This document shows, piece by piece, positions 26,005-34,180 of a DNA stretch of 42,656 nt (positions within the stretch are counted from its first letter, which is position 1; each line of letters begins with the position of its first letter). The notes under the pieces are model-generated. The model did not search any database. It worked only from the letters and a program-made list of their open reading frames with translations, and had not been told where the DNA came from. This stretch comes from a virus. Taxonomy: Duplodnaviria; Heunggongvirae; Uroviricota; Caudoviricetes. Made by a program: the position numbers and the translations under genes. The stretch lies in the IMG/VR virus record IMGVR_UViG_2718218168_000005; one strand, given 5' to 3'.

Positions 26005-26026
26005 AAACCCGCTCATCAGCGGGTTT
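26005..26026. terminator. Bidirectional intrinsic terminator between convergent cspF and Q (candidate tR' for the late promoter downstream of Q)
   Basis: Hairpin aaacccgc-tcatca-gcgggttt with T-rich tracts on both strands. Confidence 0.55.
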
Positions 26027-26132
26027 TCTACTTTTTCTTAACGTCGGGTATACAAAGCCCATCGTTGAAAAAATTTTATCCATATTTTTTGAAAAATGCA
26101 AACATCATGTCGCCATCTTCAGCAAAAATCAT

Positions 26133-26885
26133 TTATCTCGTCACCTTCCTCAATTGCGCTTCCGCGTATGCTTCTTCCTGCCAGCACTTTGTTACCAGTT
26201 TACCAATGACGTCCGCATACCCCTTATACCACTGATAATCGGTCAGGTCTGGTACCAGCTTCTGGACATGACGTCGTGCCAGCGTGGTCGGTAAACGACT
26301 AAACCGGTTTCCATTACAACGCCCACAAATCTTATATACCGGTACGCCATGAAACCGGGTTCTTTTTTCATCCAGAACAATCCCTTTACCCTTACACCCT
26401 CTGCACGCTGTGCTGGCTTCGCCCTTACCATGGCAATGCTGACATAGTTCCTTCACCCATTCTTCCTTGATTACAGATTCCCCGCGTCTGTAGTGTTTCA
26501 CCACTTCGCGCAATACATTATAAAATCCCGTACCTGAACAATGCTCACAGCGAGCCTTACTTGCCGCAGACCTGGAGTAATCAGCAAAGGCAAAACTCAC
26601 GAGGTAAGGAATAATCTGTAACCGGATTTCTTCACTCAATTTGTTCAATGTCGGGTTATCCAGTGCCATCGCGTAATTTAGCAGGCCTTCAATCGCAAAC
26701 TGAGGGTCCTGAACACCAACTTTTGCCAGAAATAAGGCCAACCCAAGTGGTGCTTTCGACTGCACCATCCCCTGCGCTGCCATTACATCCGTAATTGTTA
26801 AACAACCGGTGCCTGTCGCTGGAGCGTCATCGCTCAATTTTGGAGATTTTGGGGAGTAATATTTTGGTAAGGCTTCAAGGTTCAT
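26133..26885 (-). CDS. quuQ: Late-gene antiterminator Q-like protein (250 aa from MNLEALPKYY)
   Basis: Cys-rich C-terminal half (CEHCSGTG...CQHCHGKG...CRGCKGKG) typical of Q-family zinc-binding antiterminators; position upstream of the lysis genes. Confidence 0.75.
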   Translation of the reverse strand: MNLEALPKYYSPKSPKLSDDAPATGTGCLTITDVMAAQGMVQSKAPLGLALFLAKVGVQDPQFAIEGLLNYAMALDNPTLNKLSEEIRLQIIPYLVSFAFADYSRSAASKARCEHCSGTGFYNVLREVVKHYRRGESVIKEEWVKELCQHCHGKGEASTACRGCKGKGIVLDEKRTRFHGVPVYKICGRCNGNRFSRLPTTLARRHVQKLVPDLTDYQWYKGYADVIGKLVTKCWQEEAYAEAQLRKVTR

Positions 26886-26898
26886 GCTCGTTCTCCAC

Positions 26899-27948
26899 TT
26901 ACGCCAGTACGCCAATTGCCAGCGCGCGATCGATAAAACGAAATATCAGCTCCAGTTGGGAGCCATACTTATCTTCAAATGCCACTGTATCCGTATGCAG
27001 CTCGTTGTGATGCTTTCTGCACAAAGGCAACACAAAGAGATCATGTGCTTTTGTTCCCATTCCGCCCTGCCCGTGACCAATCAGATGATGCGGATCGTCG
27101 GCTGGCATACCGCAGCAAGCACACGGCTGTGTCTTAACCCAACGTGTGTATTTCTCCTTAACCCAGCGGCGACGTTTAGGCAGCTTCATGAAAGATTCCG
27201 GAGACTCTGGATCAACGGTGATGCTTACCACCGTCTTTTCCTGTGGTGATTTTTGTTGCTGGTGGGCGTAAGGCAACGGTGCAAGATTTTTTGTGCGTTG
27301 TTTCAATATGCTGGTGGCGGTCTGCTCTCCCGGTACGATGTCGCTTTCGCGGTACACCGAGCAGATTTTTTCCGCTGGTAATCCCAGCGAACGACGCGAT
27401 ACAGCCTCAGGTAGTGCATCCACCACCTGATTGCAGACCGTCCACCAGGATAATTCAGCCAAAGATAATTCCCGCTCCTGCGTACCGCTTATTGCGTGAC
27501 GGATGACGTCAATCACCCATGCTGTCAGATTTTGTTGAGCAAGCAGCTCCAGTGATTCCGATGTCTGGTCACGCAGTTGGTTGTCGCAGTGCCAGCACAA
27601 CACCATTGCGCCGGTACCATAACGGTGAATGACTGTTTCAGTGTGATGGTAATCGCCATTAGGCCACTGGCAGGATGTAACATGACGTAATAGCCAGTCG
27701 GACAATGCGCCAACGCCGCCAGCAGCACGAATCACCCGTTCGTTACTAAAAAACGGCAGCAATGTTTTGTCTTCCGCCAGCGGCTGGCGAACGGCAGGAA
27801 CGACTCCGGATGGCAGATTACGCATGCTTTTTGGTTCCGGTTCCACCAGCACTCGAGGATTATGAAATATCTGTATGGATTCACGGCCCGGCTTAAGGAC
27901 CACCAGCCCAAGCTCAGGCACCAGAACAGGTCTAAGTAATACCCGCAC
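26899..27948 (-). CDS. ydfU: DUF968-type prophage protein with C-terminal HNH-like Cys/His cluster (349 aa, GTG start)
   Basis: GTG at 27948..27946 gives 349 aa and lies 1 nt after the TAA of the upstream ORF; C-terminus QPCACCGMPADDPHHLIGHGQGGMGTKAHD. Confidence 0.65.
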   Translation of the reverse strand: MRVLLRPVLVPELGLVVLKPGRESIQIFHNPRVLVEPEPKSMRNLPSGVVPAVRQPLAEDKTLLPFFSNERVIRAAGGVGALSDWLLRHVTSCQWPNGDYHHTETVIHRYGTGAMVLCWHCDNQLRDQTSESLELLAQQNLTAWVIDVIRHAISGTQERELSLAELSWWTVCNQVVDALPEAVSRRSLGLPAEKICSVYRESDIVPGEQTATSILKQRTKNLAPLPYAHQQQKSPQEKTVVSITVDPESPESFMKLPKRRRWVKEKYTRWVKTQPCACCGMPADDPHHLIGHGQGGMGTKAHDLFVLPLCRKHHNELHTDTVAFEDKYGSQLELIFRFIDRALAIGVLA

Positions 27949-27949
27949 G

Positions 27950-28228
27950 TTACCTCCAGATCCGTTGCTGGAAAGTGCGGGACGCACGTGGTGGGCGTTC
28001 GGAATAAGGCAGCCTGACAGAGATTATCCAGTGCCGATAGTCGAGACTGAGAGCTTTCTTAACCTCGAACCCGCGCCTGCGGTAAGAATGAATCAGCCAT
28101 TCGGCCTGTTCTGCAGTGCATGGAGGGTGCTGGAACCATTCAGACTTGAATGCGTGAGAATACCGCCCGTGCGTGCAGGCAAGAACGGGCGAATTATCAG
28201 AATTGTAATATTTTGCGTTGCGTGCCAT
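27950..28228 (-). CDS. hypothetical protein (92 aa), translationally coupled to ydfU
   Basis: ORF MARNAKYYNSDNSPVLACTHGRYS...; stop codon adjacent to the ydfU GTG start; no family recognised. Confidence 0.5.
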   Translation of the reverse strand: MARNAKYYNSDNSPVLACTHGRYSHAFKSEWFQHPPCTAEQAEWLIHSYRRRGFEVKKALSLDYRHWIISVRLPYSERPPRASRTFQQRIWR

Positions 28229-28294
28229 CGGTTTTCTCCGGTGGCACGGTGTTACTCAGCGGGAGTTCAGCCCCGCGCAAGATTGTAGATGAGT

Positions 28295-28546
28295 TTATTC
28301 TCCTGAAAAAGCAGAAAAGCCAGCTTTTATTCCGATCTCTTTCAATGCCTGTAATGAAGTGACAAACTCACCTTCGCGCAAGATAAATCCGTCCGTGACC
28401 CGAGCATCCACAAAATTAATTAACGCAGCCCCATTCTTTCGCAAACACATAATGCGGTAATGACTAACAAGATTTCCATTTTCAACGCACACAGCATAGA
28501 GGCCATCTTCACAAAAAATTTTACGCAGTTCTTCGATGTTCATCAT
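28295..28546 (-). CDS. hypothetical protein (83 aa); probably the Rem ORF historically found beside relB-relE-hokD
   Basis: GGAAGGA SD upstream of ATG; first gene after the hokD terminator; the Rem assignment rests on length and position only. Confidence 0.55.
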   Translation of the reverse strand: MMNIEELRKIFCEDGLYAVCVENGNLVSHYRIMCLRKNGAALINFVDARVTDGFILREGEFVTSLQALKEIGIKAGFSAFSGE

Positions 28547-28674
28547 CAGAATCCTTCCGGATAATTAGCTCTCCCCTTTAAGGGACCATCCCTCTTATCC
28601 CTGCGCGCTACTTAAGTATTTTTGATTCTATTCCGGCACCGTCCAGAACTTCAAACGCGTTGAAAATAAAAACA

Positions 28675-28694
28675 AAAACCCGCCGAAGCGGGTT
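28675..28694 (-). terminator. Rho-independent terminator of the relB-relE-hokD operon
   Basis: Hairpin aacccgc-cgaa-gcgggtt followed by T-run on the minus strand. Confidence 0.7.
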
Positions 28695-28762
28695 AAGTGC
28701 GGGTGCGTTGAGGATGCCTGCCACATCAGAGGTGGCGAGGGATTTCTCCCCCGCCGGGTCTC

Positions 28763-28918
28763 TTACTCCTCAGGTTCGTAAGCTGTGAAGACAGCGACCT
28801 CCGTCTGGCCGGTTCGGATTCGTACCTCGCAGAGGTCTTTCCTCGTTACCAGTGCCGTCACTATGACGGTTAAACAGATGACGATCAGGGCGATTAACAT
28901 CGCCTTTTGCTGCTTCAT
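28763..28918 (-). CDS. hokD: Hok-family type I toxin (51 aa)
   Basis: Translated by hand: MKQQKAMLIALIVICLTVIVTALVTRKDLCEVRIRTGQTEVAVFTAYEPEE; below the ORF-track cutoff. Confidence 0.9.
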   Translation of the reverse strand: MKQQKAMLIALIVICLTVIVTALVTRKDLCEVRIRTGQTEVAVFTAYEPEE

Positions 28919-28989
28919 AGCCTGCTTCTCCTGTCAACGCAAAGCAGAAGTGTCACCTTCGGTGCGAAACAGAGATGTCATGCTTTGGT

Positions 28990-29277
28990 TCAGAGAATGC
29001 GTTTGACCGCCTCGCTATATACTTCCGAGCGTTCTCTTTTCCCAACAGAAATCACGAAAACGACAACTTTCTCGTCTATAACCTGGTATACAAGGCGATA
29101 GCCTGAAGACCGGAGCTTAATCTTGTAACAATCAGGCATACCACGGAGCTTGTTTGCTTCAATCCGGGGTGACTCAAGTACTTCAACCAGCTTCTTTTTC
29201 AACTGTTCACGTACCGTCGAGCCCAGCTTTCGCCATTCCTTTAGTGCCCGCTCGTCAAAATCCAGAAAATACGCCAT
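28990..29277 (-). CDS. relE: RelE mRNA-interferase toxin (95 aa)
   Basis: Matches recalled RelE. Confidence 0.92.
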   Translation of the reverse strand: MAYFLDFDERALKEWRKLGSTVREQLKKKLVEVLESPRIEANKLRGMPDCYKIKLRSSGYRLVYQVIDEKVVVFVISVGKRERSEVYSEAVKRIL

Positions 29278-29516
29278 CAGAGTTCATCCAGCGTCACACG
29301 TACTGGCTTAGGATTACGAAGCCGTTCTTTCACTATCTCCACAAGTTCAGCATCTTCATCACTCAGGAGTGTCTGTTTGAACGGCAAGCGTTCATTGTCA
29401 GCGATATACTCGAGCATGAGACGAAGCGCTTCAGAAGGAGTTACACCCATTTTTTCAAGCGCGGCGTAAGAACGCGCTTTAAGTTCATCGTCAATACGCA
29501 GGTTAATGCTACCCAT
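29277..29516 (-). CDS. relB: RelB antitoxin (79 aa)
   Basis: Matches recalled RelB; overlaps the relE start. Confidence 0.92.
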   Translation of the reverse strand: MGSINLRIDDELKARSYAALEKMGVTPSEALRLMLEYIADNERLPFKQTLLSDEDAELVEIVKERLRNPKPVRVTLDEL

Positions 29517-29540
29517 GTCTTACACCTCTTGTAATTACAA

Positions 29541-29846
29541 ATGTCATTACAAGTATCGCACTACAACATGCTTAGGGCAAGTCACGAAGGAAGTCAGAAA
29601 GTAGTCGTAAGAACGGTGATCACTGTCCGCTTTGTGCCAGGAGCAGCCATTGCTAAGTCCATCCTGTATTGTGCAGGTCAGCTCGTTTTTAAAGAGTCCG
29701 GCCATCATCTTACTGGTACAGACACCATATACTTTGTGACGGTCAGGCTACATATGCACAACTCAACTTATTCATCTATTTTTTGCTTTAGCATGTCAGT
29801 GTTGCTTTCTCGTCGGCGGGTGAGCGGTGACCTGACCTGTCGATAA
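29541..29846 (+). CDS. ydfV: hypothetical protein YdfV-like (101 aa)
   Basis: Position between relB and flxA as in Qin; function unknown. Confidence 0.5.
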   Translation: MSLQVSHYNMLRASHEGSQKVVVRTVITVRFVPGAAIAKSILYCAGQLVFKESGHHLTGTDTIYFVTVRLHMHNSTYSSIFCFSMSVLLSRRRVSGDLTCR

Positions 29847-29998
29847 AGGAACGTAACACGTTTTATGCAACACCCGCATGCGGCAGAAAATTATTGCCGA
29901 ACGTTTACCCCTGTCAACAAGCTTTACTTTCTGAGGCGCGCCAGCCCGCGAGGAAAACAATCTGAACATCAAACAATTAATGACACAAGAAATACGAT

Positions 29999-30025
29999 TA
30001 AAGATTTTTTTGTACATGCCGATAG
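29999..30025 (+). promoter_or_regulatory. Sigma-28 (FliA) promoter for flxA
   Basis: TAAAGATT-N11-GCCGATAG, close to the class III consensus TAAAGTTT-N11-GCCGATAA, about 25 nt upstream of flxA. Confidence 0.7.
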
Positions 30026-30048
30026 TGCTTTTTTAAAAGGAGAAATCT

Positions 30049-30381
30049 ATGTCTGTCACAATTCAGGGAAATACCTCAACCGTTATTTCAAACAACTCCG
30101 CCCCGGAAGGAACATCAGAAATAGCCAAAATCACAAGACAAATTCAGGTGCTGACTGAAAAGCTTGGGAAAATCTCATCGGAAGAGGGGATGACGACACA
30201 GCAGAAAAAAGAAATGGCTGCATTGGTACAGAAGCAAATTGAAAGCCTCTGGGCTCAACTGGAGCAGTTGTTAAGGCAGCAGGCAGAGAAAAAGAATGAA
30301 GACGCGACAGTTCAGCCTGATAAAAAAGAAGAGAAAAAAGACGATACAAATACCGCTGGCACCATTGATATTTACGTCTAA
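30049..30381 (+). CDS. flxA: FlxA (FliA-regulated protein, 110 aa)
   Basis: Matches recalled FlxA; AGGAGA SD upstream. Confidence 0.85.
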   Translation: MSVTIQGNTSTVISNNSAPEGTSEIAKITRQIQVLTEKLGKISSEEGMTTQQKKEMAALVQKQIESLWAQLEQLLRQQAEKKNEDATVQPDKKEEKKDDTNTAGTIDIYV

Positions 30382-30395
30382 GTGACAGCCGTATT

Positions 30396-30420
30396 GTGGC
30401 CCTCATCGGGCCACTTTTCG
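30396..30420 (+). terminator. Rho-independent terminator downstream of flxA
   Basis: Hairpin gtggccc-tcatc-gggccac followed by TTTT. Confidence 0.65.
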
Positions 30421-30817
30421 CCATCAGCCTTTTCTTTAAAGACATATTATCTTTGTATCATTTCTGATAGTTAACATTACAAGATATAAGTAATGGACGC
30501 ACTCCCAATTAGTCTATTTAAATCGCCACGAGTTTAACTGACAACCCATGATCAATTATGAATTGCAACTATTTCTGTAGTCACTTTTGTGGGGACAGTC
30601 CACAAAACTGCCAACTTCCGCTTCTTGCTCTTAGCGGACATTAGCATAGGCTATTTACCATAACGCCTCATTACGCGCACCGCCCAGACTGACTCAGCGC
30701 GTTTCTGGCATATCCCCGGTAAAACAAGTAACAAACCACCCGAAAATGAACACCAGAAACGCGACTTAAGAATCTACCCTATGAATGGATATGCACTCAA
30801 CCGAATCGATCTTGGTT

Positions 30818-32158
30818 TCAATCTTTTTTATCGGGATCAGGCTTCTTTTTAGGTAACTTCGGGGGCTTAACTTGCTGATGACTTTGCGTTCGGCGCGTAA
30901 GCCAGGGATGGTCAGCTTTAGGTTTAACATAGTATTTTGAGCGTAAATCAATACGGGCATTATCCACTCGTTCATGGACACTCTTTTCATCATCCAGTGG
31001 TATAGGCTCCGGGCCATCAACATACTTTTCCCAGCCCAGCGCTTTCCCGTCATACAGAACGTTAATTTCACCGTCAAAGTTCTCGCATACAGTAACAACC
31101 GAATGCCTAAGTCGATATCCCCGGCTCTCACTGCGTACCTGAAACGCACTGCTTTTGTACTGGAAAGTGAGATTTTTAGACAGAACGCGCTTCGCCTGTA
31201 GGCTGAAGATATAACCCAGTTCCTCTTCAGAATGGTGCACATCAAGATGAGCATTATCAGTAGTACGAGGCGACGTAGCGAACCGGTTGTTATAGGCTTC
31301 AATAAAGGTCGGCAACCATGCATTTGCTGTTTCAATATCACTGATATTCTGAAGCCGCATTTCTTTGACCAGCCTGTCCTGTAGTGTCTGATTGGCGCGC
31401 TCTACCCGCCCTTTTGCCTGCGGGCTGTTGGCATGGATTGGCTCGATGCCCAGTGTCTTTATCGCACGAGTGAACTGGGTCAGCTCACCTTCCCGCTCTG
31501 GGTTATTTACCCTGAATATACTGTGTCTATCAGAGTAGAGAGCGAGCGGTACGCCATGATCATTAAGGTAACCCCGGAGGGTTTCCATGTAAGCCCGGGT
31601 TGTTTCAGCAGGCACAAAACGCAACGCCATCAACGCACTGGTGGCATCATCAATGAAAACGATCAGTGTACATCTGGGGCCTCGATTTTCAAACCAGTCA
31701 TGAGGTGAGCCATCAATCTGGATCAGTTCACCGTAAGATGGTCGTCGCATGCGGCGTTGATATATACGGGCAATTTTACGACGGCGTTCACGCCATAACC
31801 CCTCTTCTATCATCCACTTTCTGAGAGTTTCAACGGATAAAGATAAACCGTGTATCTCGCGCAATTTTTCGCACGCAAACGTAGGTCCAAAATCAGCGTA
31901 ACGGCCTTTGAGGAGTGAAATTACTGTTGCTCTGAATTCAGTAGAAAAGGAATTATTAGGACGCTTTCCACGTCGGTGGGAAACCAGACCAGAAGGCCCT
32001 TCATTTCTATACCGTTGCACCAGACGTTTAACCTGCCGAATAGAAATGCCAATGCGTGCCGCAGCTTGTTCCTGAGTAATATGTCGATTAATTGACTCCT
32101 GAATAATCTGAAGTCGGTGGAGTTCCTTATGACTCATCGTAACAGTCTCTTTGATCAT
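30818..32158 (-). CDS. DDE transposase with rve (integrase core) domain and N-terminal HTH, IS481/IS1202-like (446 aa)
   Basis: Motifs IQIDGSPHDW, FIDDATS and ANSPQAKGRVERANQTLQ form a DDE triad; element boundaries not identified. Confidence 0.75.
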   Translation of the reverse strand: MIKETVTMSHKELHRLQIIQESINRHITQEQAAARIGISIRQVKRLVQRYRNEGPSGLVSHRRGKRPNNSFSTEFRATVISLLKGRYADFGPTFACEKLREIHGLSLSVETLRKWMIEEGLWRERRRKIARIYQRRMRRPSYGELIQIDGSPHDWFENRGPRCTLIVFIDDATSALMALRFVPAETTRAYMETLRGYLNDHGVPLALYSDRHSIFRVNNPEREGELTQFTRAIKTLGIEPIHANSPQAKGRVERANQTLQDRLVKEMRLQNISDIETANAWLPTFIEAYNNRFATSPRTTDNAHLDVHHSEEELGYIFSLQAKRVLSKNLTFQYKSSAFQVRSESRGYRLRHSVVTVCENFDGEINVLYDGKALGWEKYVDGPEPIPLDDEKSVHERVDNARIDLRSKYYVKPKADHPWLTRRTQSHQQVKPPKLPKKKPDPDKKD

Positions 32159-32166
32159 GAAAAATC

Positions 32167-32186
32167 CCCCAGAGAATTGTCTGGGG
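32167..32186 (-). promoter_or_regulatory. Hairpin overlapping the transposase Shine-Dalgarno sequence
   Basis: Perfect 7-bp stem ccccaga/tctgggg with 6-nt loop; on the minus strand the GGGGGA SD lies within and next to the 3' arm. Confidence 0.4.
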
Positions 32187-32492
32187 ACATTTTAGAATGG
32201 TTCAAAGGGGACATTACAGCTTGGTGTTAACAATAGCCTGCTTCTCCGTGCCTTTCGGCACGTAAGAGGCTAACCTACATGTGTCTAGCATGAAATTGGC
32301 CTCAGATTAATGTTAAGCGTCTTGCAGGACGCGTAATGTTAACTGGGGCTTTTCTCTATCTGCCGTTGGTGTCCATGCCCGAGGCAGATAGCCTCAAGCA
32401 CCCGCAGTCATTCTACTTAACTAAGATTTCCCCGCAAACCGTTTTTGTCCAGCACAGTAAATATCCAACTAAACCAATGGAGTTCGCTGTAT

Positions 32493-32672
32493 TTACCGCC
32501 AGTATTCAATGCACATGACCGCCATGAACACCCCTAAAAAAAGGGCATTTATATATCCAAATATTAATATCAAAACATCAACTTTTTCCATATACCTTGC
32601 TGTGAAGATGATGGGCATACATGATGCGAACAACCAGAACGCAACAAACAAAAACTGCAATGCGTTTTTCAT
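32493..32672 (-). CDS. hypothetical small membrane protein (59 aa, two predicted TM segments)
   Basis: AGGAGG 5 nt upstream of ATG; MKNALQFLFVAFWLFASCMPIIFTARYMEKVDVLILIFGYINALFLGVFMAVMCIEYWR. Confidence 0.45.
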   Translation of the reverse strand: MKNALQFLFVAFWLFASCMPIIFTARYMEKVDVLILIFGYINALFLGVFMAVMCIEYWR

Positions 32673-32958
32673 TATTCCTCCTACAATCAATGTGCAATTA
32701 CATTTAAACACACCTCAATTTGGCCGGACATATAAATATCTAAACCAGAAAAAATCACTTACATAGCGTTACAAACTCTTTAGTCTAAAGGTTCATCGTA
32801 AAACATTCCCCATACTTATCAGTCCGTTCCGCGCCAGGTAGCTCATTGCCTTATCTGGCAACCTGTAATCAGGTTTCCGCTTTTTCAGTTGGCTGGTCGT
32901 TTAACCGACATAGTTAATCCATTAATCTAGTTGCCGGATGTTGGTGGATTTTCGCGTT

Positions 32959-33213
32959 TTAGTTGTTCATAAAAGTGCACAGCTTTAACCAGTTCTTCTG
33001 ATGTAACCGGGACTGGTGAGGCAGTGAATAAGGCCTGAATTTGATAGTTCGGCCTGTCGTTACAATCCTCTTTTTTCGGTACATATTTCCAGTCACCAGA
33101 CCACTACTTCCCCTGAAAGTCCGTAACGCTTTTTTCACGTAGCGATATCGCCATGCCACTGGTTTTGCTTGCCCCGCCGTTTCATGCCCTTCCTGATAAT
33201 TAATCTCGCTCAT
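32959..33213 (-). pseudogene. Possible disrupted gene: best-looking reading frame is interrupted by an in-frame TAG and flanked by A6 runs
   Basis: Hand translation in three frames; the frame ending ...PVPVTSEELVKAVHFYEQLKRENPPTSGN looks protein-like but is cut by TAG, and the ORF-track 84-aa frame looks low-complexity. Confidence 0.3.
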
Positions 33214-33823
33214 TCATCGCCCCACTCATCACAATATGCTTCGACCGGAGTTTTTCCCGCTTCATAGTCATCACGTTAGGATTCGACATCAGCAGCACTT
33301 CCACCGCGTAATTCACCATAGTCCATTAATAGTTCATCCCGCTCTTCAAAACTGATGTTATATTTAGCTGAACAAAAATCAGCCACTTTGTTCTTCCTCA
33401 TCGTCTTTTATTTCGTGGTATGAGTAATTGCAGTAGTTAAAGAAAATTTCTTATGCTCCGTCATGAATTTCATCAGGTGTTGCGTCATCGTCCACTTCGA
33501 ATACATCCTCAAAATCTCCACCAGCTATTTCCGTTTCAATAATAATTTTGAACTTTCGCATTTCACTACCGCCCTTTCGGGCGGCCTCCTGATGTTCTGA
33601 GGGTGCAGAAATCCATCCGGTTAAGGATTAAGTTTTATTTACAGAACTGAATTTAATTATTCAGATATACGTATCTGTAACCTTACGAATCTACTCACTG
33701 GATGCCTCTTTCATAAAAATAATCCAGTGGGTTTTATCGTTTTTTCCCTGTTCGTTGACAGATAACAGGCTTTCTATCTGTCAGTGCCAGAATCTGGCTT
33801 ACCGGTATTTGCGTTTCATTCCA

Positions 33824-34180
33824 TTAAAAAATCAGAACGCCGTGCGGCCTCAACACCCGAAAAGCTTCTTTAAATCTCTGTCGCAAATCATCACGCCAGG
33901 CATCTTTATTCAGCCGTCCATATTTCTTTCCCATCCAGGCGTTATCACCAACACGCTCAAGATGCGGAGGGTCTAATACAACCATCGAAAAAGATGCGTC
34001 TGCAAATGATAATGCACGAAAATCTGCGATAATGTCAGGGCTGATAATCAAGCGTCTCCCATTGCGTAATGTGTATCCTTCTTTTCTGATATCGCTGAAT
34101 ATCGCCCGTTTGTCAGACTTATCGAACCAGAACATGCGGCTGCCACAGCACATATCAAGAATGGTTGCCGGTGCACTCAC
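33824..34180 (-). CDS. SAM-dependent DNA methyltransferase fragment (118 aa; motif I-like and DPPH motif IV, no target-recognition domain)
   Basis: ILDMCCGSRMF (motif I-like) and VVLDPPH (motif IV-like); ORF stops at a T6 run and no extension exists in any frame. Confidence 0.5.
   Translation of the reverse strand: MSAPATILDMCCGSRMFWFDKSDKRAIFSDIRKEGYTLRNGRRLIISPDIIADFRALSFADASFSMVVLDPPHLERVGDNAWMGKKYGRLNKDAWRDDLRQRFKEAFRVLRPHGVLIF

Noticed and set aside
28801-28830. GGTTCGGATTCG resembling a tRNA T-loop
   Set aside because: Lies inside the hokD coding sequence and no cloverleaf can be drawn around it; no tRNA called anywhere in the window
30766-31341. 191-aa minus-strand ORF overlapping the transposase gene
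   Set aside because: Alternate frame wholly inside the 446-aa transposase ORF; hydrophobic low-complexity translation, no independent start signals
30587-32260. Attempt to define terminal inverted repeats and target-site duplication for the rve-transposase element
   Set aside because: Only short shared motifs (GGGGACA, GGCTATT) were found, with no extended inverted repeat, so boundaries are left undefined rather than guessed
33565-33590. GC hairpin ccgccctttcgggcgg as a possible terminator
   Set aside because: Not followed by a T-run on either strand, so not called as an intrinsic terminator; may still be a structural element
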